From: a virus | Reading direction: 5' to 3' (one strand) | DNA length: 64,000 nucleotides | Virus record (IMG/VR): IMGVR_UViG_3300006735_000002 | Span: 1-64,000 of that record | Notes under the pieces: generated by a model | Database searches by the model: none | What the model was told of the DNA's origin: nothing | Seen by the model: only the letters and a program-made list of their open reading frames with translations | In this document: positions 34,801-41,443 of the stretch, in pieces | How positions within the stretch are numbered: the first letter of the stretch is position 1 | How the letters are laid out: each line of letters begins with the position of its first letter | Made by a program: the position numbers and the translations under genes

Positions 34801-35160
34801 GCGACTGAGGCTCGGACAGCGGTTGTCAGCGAAGAAGGCGGCAAGCGAGTCATCAAGTACGTCGACGAGGACTACGAAGAGCTGCAGGAGGCGTACAACT
34901 CTCGCCGCAAGAAGCCGTTTTTGATGGGTCGAAGCGCGCTCCTGTTTAAGGTCGGCCTACTTGGCCGCGTAAACGCGGCGTTCCTTCGCCTGAGAACGTC
35001 GCCTCAGGAAGACGCACTGGCGGCTGAGGCGAACTTGAAGAACGAGCTTACTCGTTTGGTTTTCAGCGTTAGTCGTTCCGCGGGACTGCGTGTCATGGCA
35101 CCAAACGAGCGCATGACCGCGAGAATGGCTGCGCCCGATCTTCTGGTCGATGACGAATGA
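19867..35160 (+). CDS. Giant (~5,100 aa) polyvalent / internal virion protein with muramidase-like, ADP-ribosyltransferase-like (ART-PolyVal) and zincin domains
   Basis: Uninterrupted ORF. AISKTES...GAWGEYQVLG (muramidase-like, ~21100-21740); FKRWLGDSKVVD..G.PLVVYHGT...GYHFG...PVYL...GHDG..Y.N...SYIAFDPTQVKS (ART-PolyVal-like, ~25320-25900); HEMSH...EELFAE (30736 onward); C-terminal YDY...LT..DR..FKR..MPF. Confidence 0.85.
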   Translation: MSYFDNLRKRAGFAIEPFADPEPEQLQPPEDVGAGVAVDAPDTLGDPFPGAPSGIAKRQKYELPKVEFDDFDPFEALGNVQFQAEYAAEVATTTGQEAQQALRVAGERELSDLGDGVLGTTLGSLAQFLPATAAKARISAGEGDVDIPGITSYLFNPQDTPEELFQTLSASEIDESSAAAQEIAKQGRRAKKVRNARDIRADIMARKIEKEFVNHYGEAPGAEKYAAFIDNIIAQTSTPEKRRTERDAEFVLLDAAERKMPNKGGGESQSQYQSVQRRAVNLVLDTSKAGIGTAFADSALVQALPNFIDTVPKIERDKIRSDLSGAPSTGSTLERAEFLAQLFNLPAPLEVDGLEPIPATLVGSQAIRETIASNDFIFREKNTRSTPKTEDLYRPLKSDAVADEDEQSRVIYLAGQAGIPAPMAYAISKTESTGIPDGFAYNLHIGSSLDKRTPESRRRTPQEEVALRRSLREAGFDVVMEPVERDGELVWPAENFYRGDAKKVFQAAYGVNGKAAVQGGAWGEYQVLGRDGGLIDAMLQIDGVEDEDQAAEQAVLQFRENPSLIGDQLFVNWFRREDPQAVTARQAANDGDVETLGLMYYGDSPDPKQVTERRKWTTRTKNNLEDYVGGMFTPPESAEDQRPEALVSVAGATPLAEREDPEDLIEEAATAVGEMIGQSDFREGKTEVEQALGLNAIQASSGSGLLPSFTAFAQMSEYPEEGTPTREKAVAPYRELIKAGSPLLADMKDSFRAPVGEKFSKFARAVYRDMLESARLSGEEPDEREIEIEARKKAFKLMISAQTADATLPPFQTSWDYITGQTDELSLIDAMKPLVEVVGAVDGGFVYRQEGTGLAFMNAMDAPPVMGQSFNIGVVKYYLLPALGAEIEKAQSGEQGLMDAAINMGMSSFKASQLGTSVIPGASAVTGGVLEEVKRAGVRGVAERQNFVELGIEQGGNLTAWAMQQALDTERGREAVESLIESGVIPIPAGLEKGNVDLATIEIARAAGSVLGTVGGFIVAVAHPDALMGIGDTKAAITAGYRQFKAIPDFERTTEALIGLRGEIYKRGLGRVSRTAEIAMGLEQVVARDQGGSSTKAVADAYSVLLDKVEQLRESDNLDADLRARGRASVYVFIDGEAERRMGEIAAGDSIQSAAAKDALDEGFSEVVAAKLKSVAEEAIASGNPLKKEEGKRLLAIVNAGIGDNVTLTPKLSDIKEAKTQDGRIVANVAFSTADRLEALILGLKLDDPSKDSTALRQTIFEQRMGRVRPTLGNTNSKDIAGFAQNPTLANGLDVFAPVSEKALDASLEGVRLSDAKKEEFRATRAALEDFHKRLKAAVADGSILDPLVSADFKNEFRQKKFKQSSYRLFNNSEESDRGRRYAQVLTGVFNEAAVVTNKSEGHQFLRRGLDAVLTYSTERGKTIQSFSRSLVDEDAVRAGGFTDVDDFLDPQGSRHYVNRAISAMLVSTKEGILSFALGVPGLRRTVDPAMLKVQQRSMMSTAALHQMRADGQDPFTVAASVQGEVLRRLRQEKALAVQAGDSVRSAEVSDQIDEVLTPQWRTGLIDWMKASADAISRGEDPQSVVKYNLPIGITLGTASETALPVLPATRKFARGSFFRAFGFSPPEQVRAGQLSPGTRTVRPRISPEEERAVEYVLDRMLRYMARADMMQSPGAANAKVENFIKQNILNVRSVDSLNNFAAKATEMRGALSSTRDAISQRRHGMSYDELAATGDTRARVEVQSDAMQSVLPLMSEREAFLIFHRTYEELEDIIAAARRGETGDDFVATRLFQDASAASADADEVAEARRLYEEQGVESPYFKRWLGDSKVVDDEGQPLVVYHGTAGDFDEFGRKRPQELGYHFGSSEAASTRLGLLVEEEVAALSDTERARYFEAVRSTSEGVNVVPVYLSMTPLRVSDSVSWTGVSVIDDMARRYPQFADIFGEARTRLSAIPETDLAARADVVKDAVRKTGHDGLVYRNVIEGGGDSYIAFDPTQVKSVYNRGTFDDSARLLFQGEDVQRVARRRGGGRRRVDPDASIGSKQPVGVKTRAARINEKFGPLAGTAERAVLAYNGALSRARLNPKRTQALLEKAQNAIKRAYVTFSMGNAQKVPDLLLDIADAIKTDDAVLEALASKPNFHGVMSNLVRKARNPEQLTQADVRSIETTLDMIGLADRFDARRIGSYTGEVAKAPKREAEALAAVADAAAPAAQPVAAAKRLRMPEAPERSPKVGEVLGDIEKLSDIKGLKSQVLAAALDLKGDYGRDADVVLKAIDMIGPERLNDIALTVAREPGPEGRRAMFDFTENTIRIYEDALETGVFSDEVVKELWRSLTRYLPEDEIKALSDEYLDQRAMFMREESELFDAQGALKEGANIDDVDRHILDFEDWVVQSMKDLALQKSREAVFQTTGAGRLSKRPLNVRGNRVLKVLMDTVKGLVQEFFSQAKNLTQIIEDFYSSGKYTERLREKGIQLVVTDEDLLRRQKEWTKFIDESAKVEPKRALGQVKTPGGKQKGDDAAAAAARTEAIDKATARAGKSDAAISVGELKKLADRFSRTASTTDNPKRVAMVRRKFREGIDPVIAAVGNDEAKALLTPLLEAAKADDAVADALAKSPEAINAIENLAVQADVAEDLAPVVEAFRRDITDAGLGDRLPEVEVPAAVVSDEVATPAAPKATPVAEAEPKVAAVPQPDEGVDNLTGAVADRATSRVMEILKFEAGKDDTTVKRAVKFVFPREEVAQRMLNEAIKDDVTRVLRSGIVDRLTELGVTAKVDGEEASAKQLVRLFNDLQSKEDAARYGKVDGSAEAGDELLVNARAELETDIAELNKRIEAAEEEAEIGKLRRQLGEAESALEEMERGRETVEIRRSASKFLDDVYDPKRGLENAQRGLALVERLSAGVSAPGGASLRSMVGELSPEEQNVARYLLERQMKNHKRGTALTMEVRDDGELYFQLVGDRPLFDEDDVIVKLFRDEAKARAKQTEAAEAAKKLANEANKKKRNAQNRLARLEAAATKIEEDAAVATEDAMKIAAERFAENLPDRFEQVQAAQTAAMDSLLPLDTPKRLTPTLEIQPGLETATASLVDLERLLSEGFDRNKDRSAVLSLIIDTADTLSPYLRFDFPESIGVIDETNKGRLKVGTTKQLLTNMVDTIKAALAPEDLEVVEGAVDLIRADNLQEAVDLKRAEPDAAPAPAPLPTTPAEHTPLPLDAINQSTLRTKSGEGVQLPQPTTLDEVEAIDNIEEAFLDMKTSELTEVATTRGIDIEDFRREDGKVDWGGLVKVLAKQDSDAIRSQRLVAETTEVEGATATDAVRRAEIEDLAEEAAPQIPVEEAVAQLDEAAETLMTTGAEVARERQVRLAKLIREARDLKGMTRQEISDRIFADLDFTERRRIAESGGIDDLVNDITGTVDVRIKEISKEISKLRTQVRVANRKADASSREVTQRNYRDAADRYQRQADTMQEFLDDIIRKDRAALDEEMRVAVDEEAARRAAEAIPEPEAEVAKTLEAEVAPEAVRAAEAAPTVKVEPKPAKVAVAEEVEEVEEAVEDSAVNVEEIRKRVERWDKENRRDKPPAPPASAPPRDRGTDAPDARAMVYFMDDSSAIIYALKNADASSGLHEMSHVLRRHLRPEDLRVSLDWVNSQLRRTEIDGQTVEALPEISLDRYGNFTGRADSVVTAEELFAEAHEQYLREGRAPTKAMDAVFKVMKELLRSIVTTLGIVPHRLEISREMNDLFDSIYGARRDLDITELTQVTRYYDTQRALAGGRTGLRRAGRLESDLVIEDELTDRFRQRILSLQEYSTRFAPLEGRQYRLEQSALGVKTPGRVGALGLGTGGAKDYGPVSRRFLPMETGARIRGGKATGSDRGIASVLKAADYAAVMAANAAVFLPYTLLYGTDAMMLLRSAPAASRPLLYGQGRELEEFTYGLTVLINDVKNRTGDAQKRGLNDIISYLRGQPVYLLTGAEAGTLTRGTSVDSGDAFFAMLDQMLSRLDPAARTALADEASQALSGDMRATKSLSGFWKGYSVKRVDGMSIGNSEGLLLNDAYLDEMTVVTAKGDTIKLDGPTQDMLGAMFEALEGSPVGNNVPVSDATKTAAALLMFHSGKSTFTNNGVEVTIEMAQRLSGEDTALGLLMRGASFDVDGTTVNVPGLMQVTGDNGKALRGLLALGTYSASSRITADAAEIGLGVTPGQFRSYARFMSGQQARMTPSQIDEAKAVIAKFGFSMDFTKIGSRLGSYYIPRPALSKIKGALNDADRLLSLRSSGDGATDVVSQMVAWLFQVTNTEAIFGSLLPKSTFRTPSFIDAVAGAMSVGGGTPAMTTAARMSAGTALGYGLGIPGFPGSELISAERMADIADALPNAVRKRLRRSLGGSESYRLYPDPKNPGKFISSDEVVQGMKSSLREAAVRQGDAFAKSLTEGMSASKHRVEVLPIINNDPQAIFVLNGSPYRASDLRRIFVRNGLYNNAFKGVTMFLRNEGAIGFGVDGFGKEDRLKSALSPSNSRAVDSMVSVIEGAGASRSSELVRDAYHMGRSGASRVFEHGLESMDAFADLERTGMAVSFIELGVPPELAAKMVVKAVYDYRGSLTRADRTLFKRAFMPFFGFQKNAMAHFTDLLASPRGRFFARVMGRMPRMTMEALSTLYFETVVGPYGVNTTAMNEAEINLYYEARSFFELGLGDDVSAEDLLVYREMLPEDAKDISDEELMDYSFDGWTVRDGYNGYDNVPEDMRATMRYLLLARGQLRANGRYVKMSEAVIDRDLRQQFVQMGATMAVVDEPSLSALPAWAANRYPTVLISPAVMTNSIQASRRGSKGMGDSVGIMLPDNFINAGFEQTAATLATVYAGAFAASEAADFVFSDGTRTEVAAAMRMLANSATPMIDIRGGGSPGMQQLMLLSEVGINDGDLYVELDPFIARLMAGTLIPINYTEGDDDLRFLENLAPETRAMLNKLTRVSSLGGLREVEYPSFATEARTAVVSEEGGKRVIKYVDEDYEELQEAYNSRRKKPFLMGRSALLFKVGLLGRVNAAFLRLRTSPQEDALAAEANLKNELTRLVFSVSRSAGLRVMAPNERMTARMAAPDLLVDDE

Positions 35161-35184
35161 TACACTTCCCGCAAGGAGACTCCC

Positions 35185-35634
35185 ATGTCTGACTACAACT
35201 ACGGCGGATGGGGCCACTACGGCTTCGCCGCGAACGACAACGGCACGATCACTGCCGCGTACACCGCGCTTTCGCTGGGCCAGGTCGCAGGCATTACCCG
35301 GTCTCAGGGTGTCCCTGACGACGCGCATCTGTACGACATCGTGTTCGAGCTGAGCAGCATGGTGACAGGTGCCGGCGCTCCAGGGAACATCTCGTTCTAC
35401 CTGGCTCGTGACGCCGCGGGGACAAAGCCCCTCACGCCCATTCTTACGGCGCCCATCGTCACCGCACTTGGTGCCGCCGTCGCCACGGGTGGTGCTCACG
35501 CGAAGATCTCAGTCGACTTCCACAGCACCAGCGGTGTCGGCCCTACGGCCTACAACACGCTGCAGCTCATTGTGCGTCACGACGGATCAGCTGACAACGT
35601 CACCGCCGACATCTTCCTCAGCTGGCGCTCCTGA
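35185..35634 (+). CDS. Hypothetical, probably virion-associated protein
   Basis: AAGGAG RBS and its own TGATACACT element (35158-35166); last gene of the plus-strand block. Confidence 0.7.
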   Translation: MSDYNYGGWGHYGFAANDNGTITAAYTALSLGQVAGITRSQGVPDDAHLYDIVFELSSMVTGAGAPGNISFYLARDAAGTKPLTPILTAPIVTALGAAVATGGAHAKISVDFHSTSGVGPTAYNTLQLIVRHDGSADNVTADIFLSWRS

Positions 35635-35635
35635 A

Positions 35636-37789
35636 TCAGTCCTCGCCTTGGGCGAGAGCTGACCAGGAGGAGTCACTGTAGGAGACCTGCTGGTCGATGA
35701 GATCCAGCTGGGCATCAGCGACGGTGACCGTCTCGATGTCCGGCCGCTCAGCGGTCATGAGCTGCTCGTAGACGTCACGCCGGAGGCACACACACGGGGT
35801 CGGGATGCCGTCGATGCGGCGACTCCGTGTCGCTCCACGCGTCGTCACATTCAGCCAGTCACGGGCAGCCCACCGAGGCACGACCTCTTCGTAGACGTAC
35901 CCATATCGGTCGAGAATGCCCTGCAGTGCGTGGGGCTCGATGCAGATTTCCGCCCACTCTGGCTTGCCATCTTCCCAGCGGCCAGCCCAGCCGTTGCCGG
36001 GGGTGCCCCTCTCAAGTGAGGCTCGGCTACCCCAGAAGCGGTGACGGTTCATGGTCGACCACGAGGCCGCAGCGATGAAGGCATCGCGAGCACGGTCAGC
36101 GTCGTTGGCTCCGTCACGGACAGCCTGGATGAGGAACTCAATGGGGTCACGCGTCGGGGTCGGAACTCCGAGCGTCTCGCAGACTGCCTGAGCCAGGTCC
36201 AGACTGGCGACGTAGGCGGCAAGCCGGCCACCGACAGCGGTGTTGGTGATGCCGGCGTAGCTGTCACGCCGAGTCTCGAAGGCTTCACGGAAGTCAGGCC
36301 ACGAGTCCTTGTGGAACACGAGGTACTTGGCCACGCGGCGGCCAAGATGGCCGTAGTGCGTGTAGAGCCGCCCCCTGACCGTGTCTGCCACGACACGAGC
36401 AGTCTGGGCAGGGCCAGAGATGGGGGCGCCCTGGAGGGCCAGCACACGGGCACGAACGCCGCCGTCCTGAGTGAACGAGGTCAGTCGCTGCTCACCGGTC
36501 GAGAGGAGCACCGTGTTCCAAGTGTTCACCTTGTCGATACCTTGCAGCGTGCCCCGTCCTCGACCTTTGCCGGAGCAGAAGTCGTACAGCACGTCAGCGA
36601 CATGCTGCTTGTTCTTGACCCGCTTGGTTTCATCGAGGATGAGCGGCAGACTGTGGAGGAAGCCCGCAGCACGTTCGACCCACACCTTGGTGCTGTCCCA
36701 GGAGTAGATGTAGCCCTCGTCGTCGTCATCTGCGGGGTAGCCCCAGACAGACGCGGCGACGCGCAGGCTCGTGGTCTTGCCGCTCGAGGTCTCGTTTGAC
36801 CAATCAACCGCGAAGTTCGCGCACTTGACGATGTGCTGCATGACAGCGGCGACTGACGAGTAGATGGAGAGCATGGCCAGGGGATGGTCGCGAAGAAGCT
36901 CGACGACTTCGAGCCACCCTTCCCAGGTGCCTCCGGTACGCAGCGACTTCATGATGGGGTCCATTCCCTCCATCGGGAAGAGCTTGAGCTCCTGGTGCTT
37001 GTCGAGCTTGATGTGCCCATCAGGCAGCAGGAACGACCCGTCCTTCTGCCAGCCCAAGCGGTTTGCTCCGTTGGTCAGTGGGATCTTGTGCTGGTTGATG
37101 TCCTCGTAGGCAGTGAGCCAGCGAATGGCGTCAGCCGAGGTGATGGATGTGACAGGTGCGCCATAGTCGATGAGACCCACGATCTTGCGGCTGTCGAACA
37201 AGACCGACCGCTCGACCGTGTGGGTGCGCCACTTGGGTCGACCCTTCCCTGGACCAGGGGGTTCGACCCACGCCACTTCGACCTGCATGTGGCCGGTGTC
37301 GTTGTCTCGGCCGCGCTGGGTGATGATGATGGGTGCAGTCGCCACCTTCTCACGAGTGACCGTGCCTTCCTCGAAGTTGGCCTGGAGGGTGTAGACGCCC
37401 CCCAGGTCAACGTCGAATCCGTTGGGGATTAGCAGCGAGGGAAAGCCTTCGACGAGGTAGTCAGGCAGGTTCTCGTTCAGCGTGTTCGTGACACCCAGCT
37501 GCTGCAGCACATCCTGCTGCTGCTGCTGACGCGCCCGGCGCTGCGCTCTCTTGATGGTCTGAACCAGCTCACGAGAGCGAGCACCCATGCCGCGGATTGA
37601 CCCCAGCTGCATGAAGAGCGCTTCGAACTGGAACTCGTGCGCGCCCCACTGCCCGGCCATCTGCTCGATCTTTTCAAGCGAGAAGAAGGCCGTGAAGGTG
37701 GGAGCGCGATCGGCAGACTCCATAGACTGGACGGACTCGACAAACTCTTTCAGCTCAGCAACAAGATCAACACTTTCGTTGTCGGACAT
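35636..37789 (-). CDS. DUF927-domain replicative helicase (Cch-like)
   Basis: RLGWQ..SF..P (DUF927), Walker A ETSSGKTT, PLILDE, GKGRGRG, LLSTGE, YGHLG motifs. Confidence 0.8.
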   Translation of the reverse strand: MSDNESVDLVAELKEFVESVQSMESADRAPTFTAFFSLEKIEQMAGQWGAHEFQFEALFMQLGSIRGMGARSRELVQTIKRAQRRARQQQQQDVLQQLGVTNTLNENLPDYLVEGFPSLLIPNGFDVDLGGVYTLQANFEEGTVTREKVATAPIIITQRGRDNDTGHMQVEVAWVEPPGPGKGRPKWRTHTVERSVLFDSRKIVGLIDYGAPVTSITSADAIRWLTAYEDINQHKIPLTNGANRLGWQKDGSFLLPDGHIKLDKHQELKLFPMEGMDPIMKSLRTGGTWEGWLEVVELLRDHPLAMLSIYSSVAAVMQHIVKCANFAVDWSNETSSGKTTSLRVAASVWGYPADDDDEGYIYSWDSTKVWVERAAGFLHSLPLILDETKRVKNKQHVADVLYDFCSGKGRGRGTLQGIDKVNTWNTVLLSTGEQRLTSFTQDGGVRARVLALQGAPISGPAQTARVVADTVRGRLYTHYGHLGRRVAKYLVFHKDSWPDFREAFETRRDSYAGITNTAVGGRLAAYVASLDLAQAVCETLGVPTPTRDPIEFLIQAVRDGANDADRARDAFIAAASWSTMNRHRFWGSRASLERGTPGNGWAGRWEDGKPEWAEICIEPHALQGILDRYGYVYEEVVPRWAARDWLNVTTRGATRSRRIDGIPTPCVCLRRDVYEQLMTAERPDIETVTVADAQLDLIDQQVSYSDSSWSALAQGED

Positions 37790-37798
37790 CCGTGCTCC

Positions 37799-39871
37799 TT
37801 AGGACTGCGGCCCGATGGGTGCGAGGTAGTTGGCTGCGACCGTTGCCAGCCCGTCAGGCGAAGTCTCATCCTCGAACACCAGGTTGGGATGTGCAAGGCG
37901 GAACACCTGCCGCGTGGTCTCGACCCCGTGCTCGACGATGAACATGAGGATGTTGCGCTTGAGAGATCGGAACTTGCCGCCCCGAGCGCGACCGCTGGAT
38001 GGTTCGTAGCGCTCTCGAAGCGTCCCCGGCAACATCGGCATGGCCTCAGTCACTTGCACGGCCTCGGCGGGTGCCGCTTCGGGCATGACGGGAGCAGCTA
38101 CCCGTGCTGGGGCAGTGGTCACTTTCTTCCGCAGGTCGATGACATTCCAGCCGCGGCGGAACTCCGCATCGGGCATGACCGTCGAGGTCAACATGACCGT
38201 CTGCGGGATGTCCTTGAGTGACGCCATCACTCCGCCAAGGGTGTCAGCATCCCAGCCGCGGTCTTCCGGGGCCAGGATGGACAGGGGCAGCGGCATCATG
38301 TCGTCGAGAACAGCGCACATCGCAAGGGTCACGGCCACACGCTGCGCCTCGGACAGCCCCACCTTCAGGTAACGGTCACTGCCGCCGCCTTCGTAGAGAC
38401 CGTAGTAGAACGAGTCACGCCCGTTGTCGGTGACCATGACTCCGAACTCCCAGCCGCCAGGCAGGTACGCCGTGACCTTCTCACAGAAGACATCGACTTG
38501 GTCTGCGAGCAGCTGAGACACGGCCTTCTGGGCCTGACGCTTGTACTCCGAGAACTTCTCGGCGCGGCCGTTGTTCTCTTCGACCAGCTTCTTGGCCGAG
38601 GTCAGTGTCGTCCACTTCGACAACGCATCCTGCAGGCTGGCGAGGTGTGCCTGTGCTGCGGAGAAAGCGTCGCGAGTCTCCTCTACGGACACGTCATTGC
38701 TTGAGGTCGTCGATGCCGGGAGTTCGTCGAGCTCGTTCTCGTACACCGCAATCTGCTCTCGCGTCCCGACCACTGAGTCTTTCAGGTGAGACAGAGAGGT
38801 TTCCAGCTTCCGCTTGCTCGACATCTTCTGGTCGAGGTCCTTGACCTTGTCCCAGTAGAAGCCGTGGCAGGCGGTGATGTGATCACTGCCCACGTTCGAT
38901 GAGCAGATGGGGCAGTCTTCTGTGCCCAGGTCCATTGCCCATTCCAGAGCGTGAAGTGCCCCGATGCTTCCGCGAGACTCCTTGGTCTCGATGCCAACCA
39001 ACTTCTTGAGAGCATCCTCAGCGTCGTGCATTCCTGACAGCAGCCGCTGTTCCTCTGTGCGCAACTGACCCAGCAGGCTGTGGAGAAGCTCTCGCCGCTT
39101 GTCGCTCTCGTTGGCACCGGCCGTCTGCAGGTTTGCCTCGTGGAGCTCCTGGGCCTCTCGGACAGCGTCTCGTGCGGCCAGGACCTTCGCCTGTGTCGGC
39201 TTGACTCCGACTTCGTCCAGCAGCTTGTCGCGCAGTGTGGCCTGCGCCTTGGCGTCTGCTCGGTACTTGCGGGCCATCTTGTCCGCGGTCTCGATCGAGT
39301 GAGTGAGCCGGTCAACGGGGACAAGGTCATCGTAGTTCTCGGACAAGGTCTTGTACGTCTCGAAGTCAGCGCGGATGGCTTGCTCGACGACGTCTTCGTC
39401 CAGGTCAGAACAGACCCAAGCCAGGAACCGCTGCCGCGCCTTCTTCGCAGAGCCGGTCAGAACCTCACGAACTTCACGGAGAGGGAAGTGGGGACTGTGC
39501 TGCTTGCTGGTGTGGGGAATGACCCACCGCGGACGGATGTGAGTCGGCGTCTTGATGCGGCGCTCGTCTCGCTTGGTCTCCCACTGACAGTGCTCGCCGT
39601 TGCTGAGGTTGGCACGAGCGAAGACGACCGACCCGTCATGACCATGCTGGTGTGCCAGGGTCATGATCAACGCAGGGTCGCTGGTGATGACGCGGCCCGC
39701 CACCTCTTCGGCGGCACCGCTGATGGCCAGGGCGACCGCTTGGACGACGGCGCTCTTGCCGGAACCGTTCGGTCCGACGATGAGGTTCTTCTTTGTGAGG
39801 TCGTGGCTTCGGGGGCTACCGTCAGCGGATTTGATGTTGAACGAGACACTCGTAAGTTCTGGGGTGCTCAT
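37799..39871 (-). CDS. Rad50/SbcC-like SMC-family ATPase with zinc hook
   Basis: Walker A GPNGSGKS, coiled coils flanking CPIC, signature-like LSEAQR, degenerate Walker B ILAPED. Confidence 0.75.
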   Translation of the reverse strand: MSTPELTSVSFNIKSADGSPRSHDLTKKNLIVGPNGSGKSAVVQAVALAISGAAEEVAGRVITSDPALIMTLAHQHGHDGSVVFARANLSNGEHCQWETKRDERRIKTPTHIRPRWVIPHTSKQHSPHFPLREVREVLTGSAKKARQRFLAWVCSDLDEDVVEQAIRADFETYKTLSENYDDLVPVDRLTHSIETADKMARKYRADAKAQATLRDKLLDEVGVKPTQAKVLAARDAVREAQELHEANLQTAGANESDKRRELLHSLLGQLRTEEQRLLSGMHDAEDALKKLVGIETKESRGSIGALHALEWAMDLGTEDCPICSSNVGSDHITACHGFYWDKVKDLDQKMSSKRKLETSLSHLKDSVVGTREQIAVYENELDELPASTTSSNDVSVEETRDAFSAAQAHLASLQDALSKWTTLTSAKKLVEENNGRAEKFSEYKRQAQKAVSQLLADQVDVFCEKVTAYLPGGWEFGVMVTDNGRDSFYYGLYEGGGSDRYLKVGLSEAQRVAVTLAMCAVLDDMMPLPLSILAPEDRGWDADTLGGVMASLKDIPQTVMLTSTVMPDAEFRRGWNVIDLRKKVTTAPARVAAPVMPEAAPAEAVQVTEAMPMLPGTLRERYEPSSGRARGGKFRSLKRNILMFIVEHGVETTRQVFRLAHPNLVFEDETSPDGLATVAANYLAPIGPQS

Positions 39872-40431
39872 GTTGCTCCTTGATGGGTCATGTCGGCCAA
39901 GCGCTGCGTGATCGCAGCGAATGGCTCTGTGTCGTAGTGCCAGTACAGATGCGGCAGCATCGGCACTGGGCGGGGCACAGGGGTGTAGAAGATGAGGGCG
40001 CTGCCCTTGGGCGCCCCCGTCGCGCGCTCACCGTCGGGCCTCACGAACTTGATCCGAGGGGAGAGGAAGATGACGCACAGTGCGTTTGGGCAGTTGGCCA
40101 CCCACTTGCGCCAGTACGTCGTGTCGGTGTTGGCGTAGACCAAGAGCGCCACGGTCTCGCAGCCTTCGTCACAAGCCTGCGCGGCTTTCTTGAACCAGTG
40201 AGAGATGCCTCTGCCGTACGGCGGGTTGCACCACACGCGCTTGCCGTAGTCGGACCAGCGCACACGGAGAGCATCGGTCTTGGGGTCGATGAACGGGTCG
40301 ACACGAGCTGCGTCGAGGTTCGTTGCGCAGGCGTCGAGGTTAAACGCGCAGACCGTATCGATTTGGTTGAAGAGGTTGTCGGGGGTCATCCAGTCGTCTT
40401 TACCCAGCGTACGGGTAGTCGGAGCAGTCAC
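39868..40431 (-). CDS. Phage DNA N6-adenine methyltransferase (T1 Dam-like family)
   Basis: DDWMTP, FNLDAC and catalytic VWCNPPYG motifs. Confidence 0.88.
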   Translation of the reverse strand: MTAPTTRTLGKDDWMTPDNLFNQIDTVCAFNLDACATNLDAARVDPFIDPKTDALRVRWSDYGKRVWCNPPYGRGISHWFKKAAQACDEGCETVALLVYANTDTTYWRKWVANCPNALCVIFLSPRIKFVRPDGERATGAPKGSALIFYTPVPRPVPMLPHLYWHYDTEPFAAITQRLADMTHQGAT

Positions 40432-40625
40432 TCGTCACCTCCTTTGGCGTAGCCCTCGCTCGCCCATCCCCCGCCTCGCAGCGAGAAGTTGGTCTTGGAT
40501 ACCTGTCGAACGGTGCTCTCGAACCCGCACTTCGAACAGGGTTGATCTTTTTGAAGGTTTTTCAGTGAGACCAGGACCTCGAACTGATGGCCGCACTTCC
40601 GGCACCGCTGCGAGAACAGCGGCAT
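40428..40625 (-). CDS. FmdB-family zinc-ribbon protein
   Basis: MPLFSQRCRKCGHQFE...CSKCG...VSKTNFSLRGGGW; start set at ATG 40625. Confidence 0.8.
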   Translation of the reverse strand: MPLFSQRCRKCGHQFEVLVSLKNLQKDQPCSKCGFESTVRQVSKTNFSLRGGGWASEGYAKGGDE

Positions 40626-40924
40626 CACTCTTCCCACCCGATGTAGCGGAACGTCGGCGTGTTCTGCCCCATCCAAGCTCCGCTGGTGTTGAACGAAAAC
40701 CACTCAGCGGCGTCCGTGTAGCTGCATTCTCCGTCCTCCATGATGGCTTCAACGCACATCTCAGCGTCGTAAACGGCCACTATGAACCCAGGCTCTCTCG
40801 GCCATTGGTCCTCAGGGGTGTCGGTCATGCCCACGATGCAGGGGTCATAGACGCTGCGTGGTTCGAGCAGCAGCGCGTCAGGGTTGTAGTTGGACAGGGC
40901 TTCGAGGATCTCTTCGTAGGTCAT
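40625..40924 (-). CDS. Conserved phage hypothetical protein
   Basis: YD.CIVG...AVYD...A.EWFSFNT.GAWMG..TP pattern; tightly packed with neighbours. Confidence 0.7.
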   Translation of the reverse strand: MTYEEILEALSNYNPDALLLEPRSVYDPCIVGMTDTPEDQWPREPGFIVAVYDAEMCVEAIMEDGECSYTDAAEWFSFNTSGAWMGQNTPTFRYIGWEE

Positions 40925-41385
40925 TCCTCACCGCCCTCGTCGCGAACGACGATGCGACCCCACGCCTTGTAGTCATCACCGGGCAGTCGAGCGGTGTCCT
41001 TGGCTTGGTGGTACTCGTTCTTTCGGTAGTCCCACACCCAGGTGATCTTCCCCTCACGGAGGAACCCTTCGATCATCTCGAAGGTCGCACGGCCGCACAC
41101 CGTATCCATCACACCAACGTACTGAGCCGGGCGGATGATGCCGTGGAACCGCGGAGAGCCGTCCCACAACCGGCCGCTCACGACCGACGGAGGCCAGGAC
41201 TTCCAACCACCGGCATCCCGAGAGCGGGAACGGTAGTCGTCGCGTCCTGCCACCACGGTGATGGTGTGCTCTGGGTACGCTTCTCCCAGCCCCTCGGTCA
41301 GACTGTCTCGCCAATCGTTTACCGTTCCGTCCTCGCATACTCTGTCATGTGCCAGGAAGAACCTGTAGTCTTTGTCGTTGCTCAC
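40921..41385 (-). CDS. Hypothetical protein
   Basis: 154-aa ORF with AAGGAGG RBS. Confidence 0.7.
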   Translation of the reverse strand: MSNDKDYRFFLAHDRVCEDGTVNDWRDSLTEGLGEAYPEHTITVVAGRDDYRSRSRDAGGWKSWPPSVVSGRLWDGSPRFHGIIRPAQYVGVMDTVCGRATFEMIEGFLREGKITWVWDYRKNEYHQAKDTARLPGDDYKAWGRIVVRDEGGEE

Positions 41386-41443
41386 TTTCCCTCCTTATTG
41401 GCCACCGTAGTAAGCCGTTGCGTGCCTTTGTCAAACACTTGTA

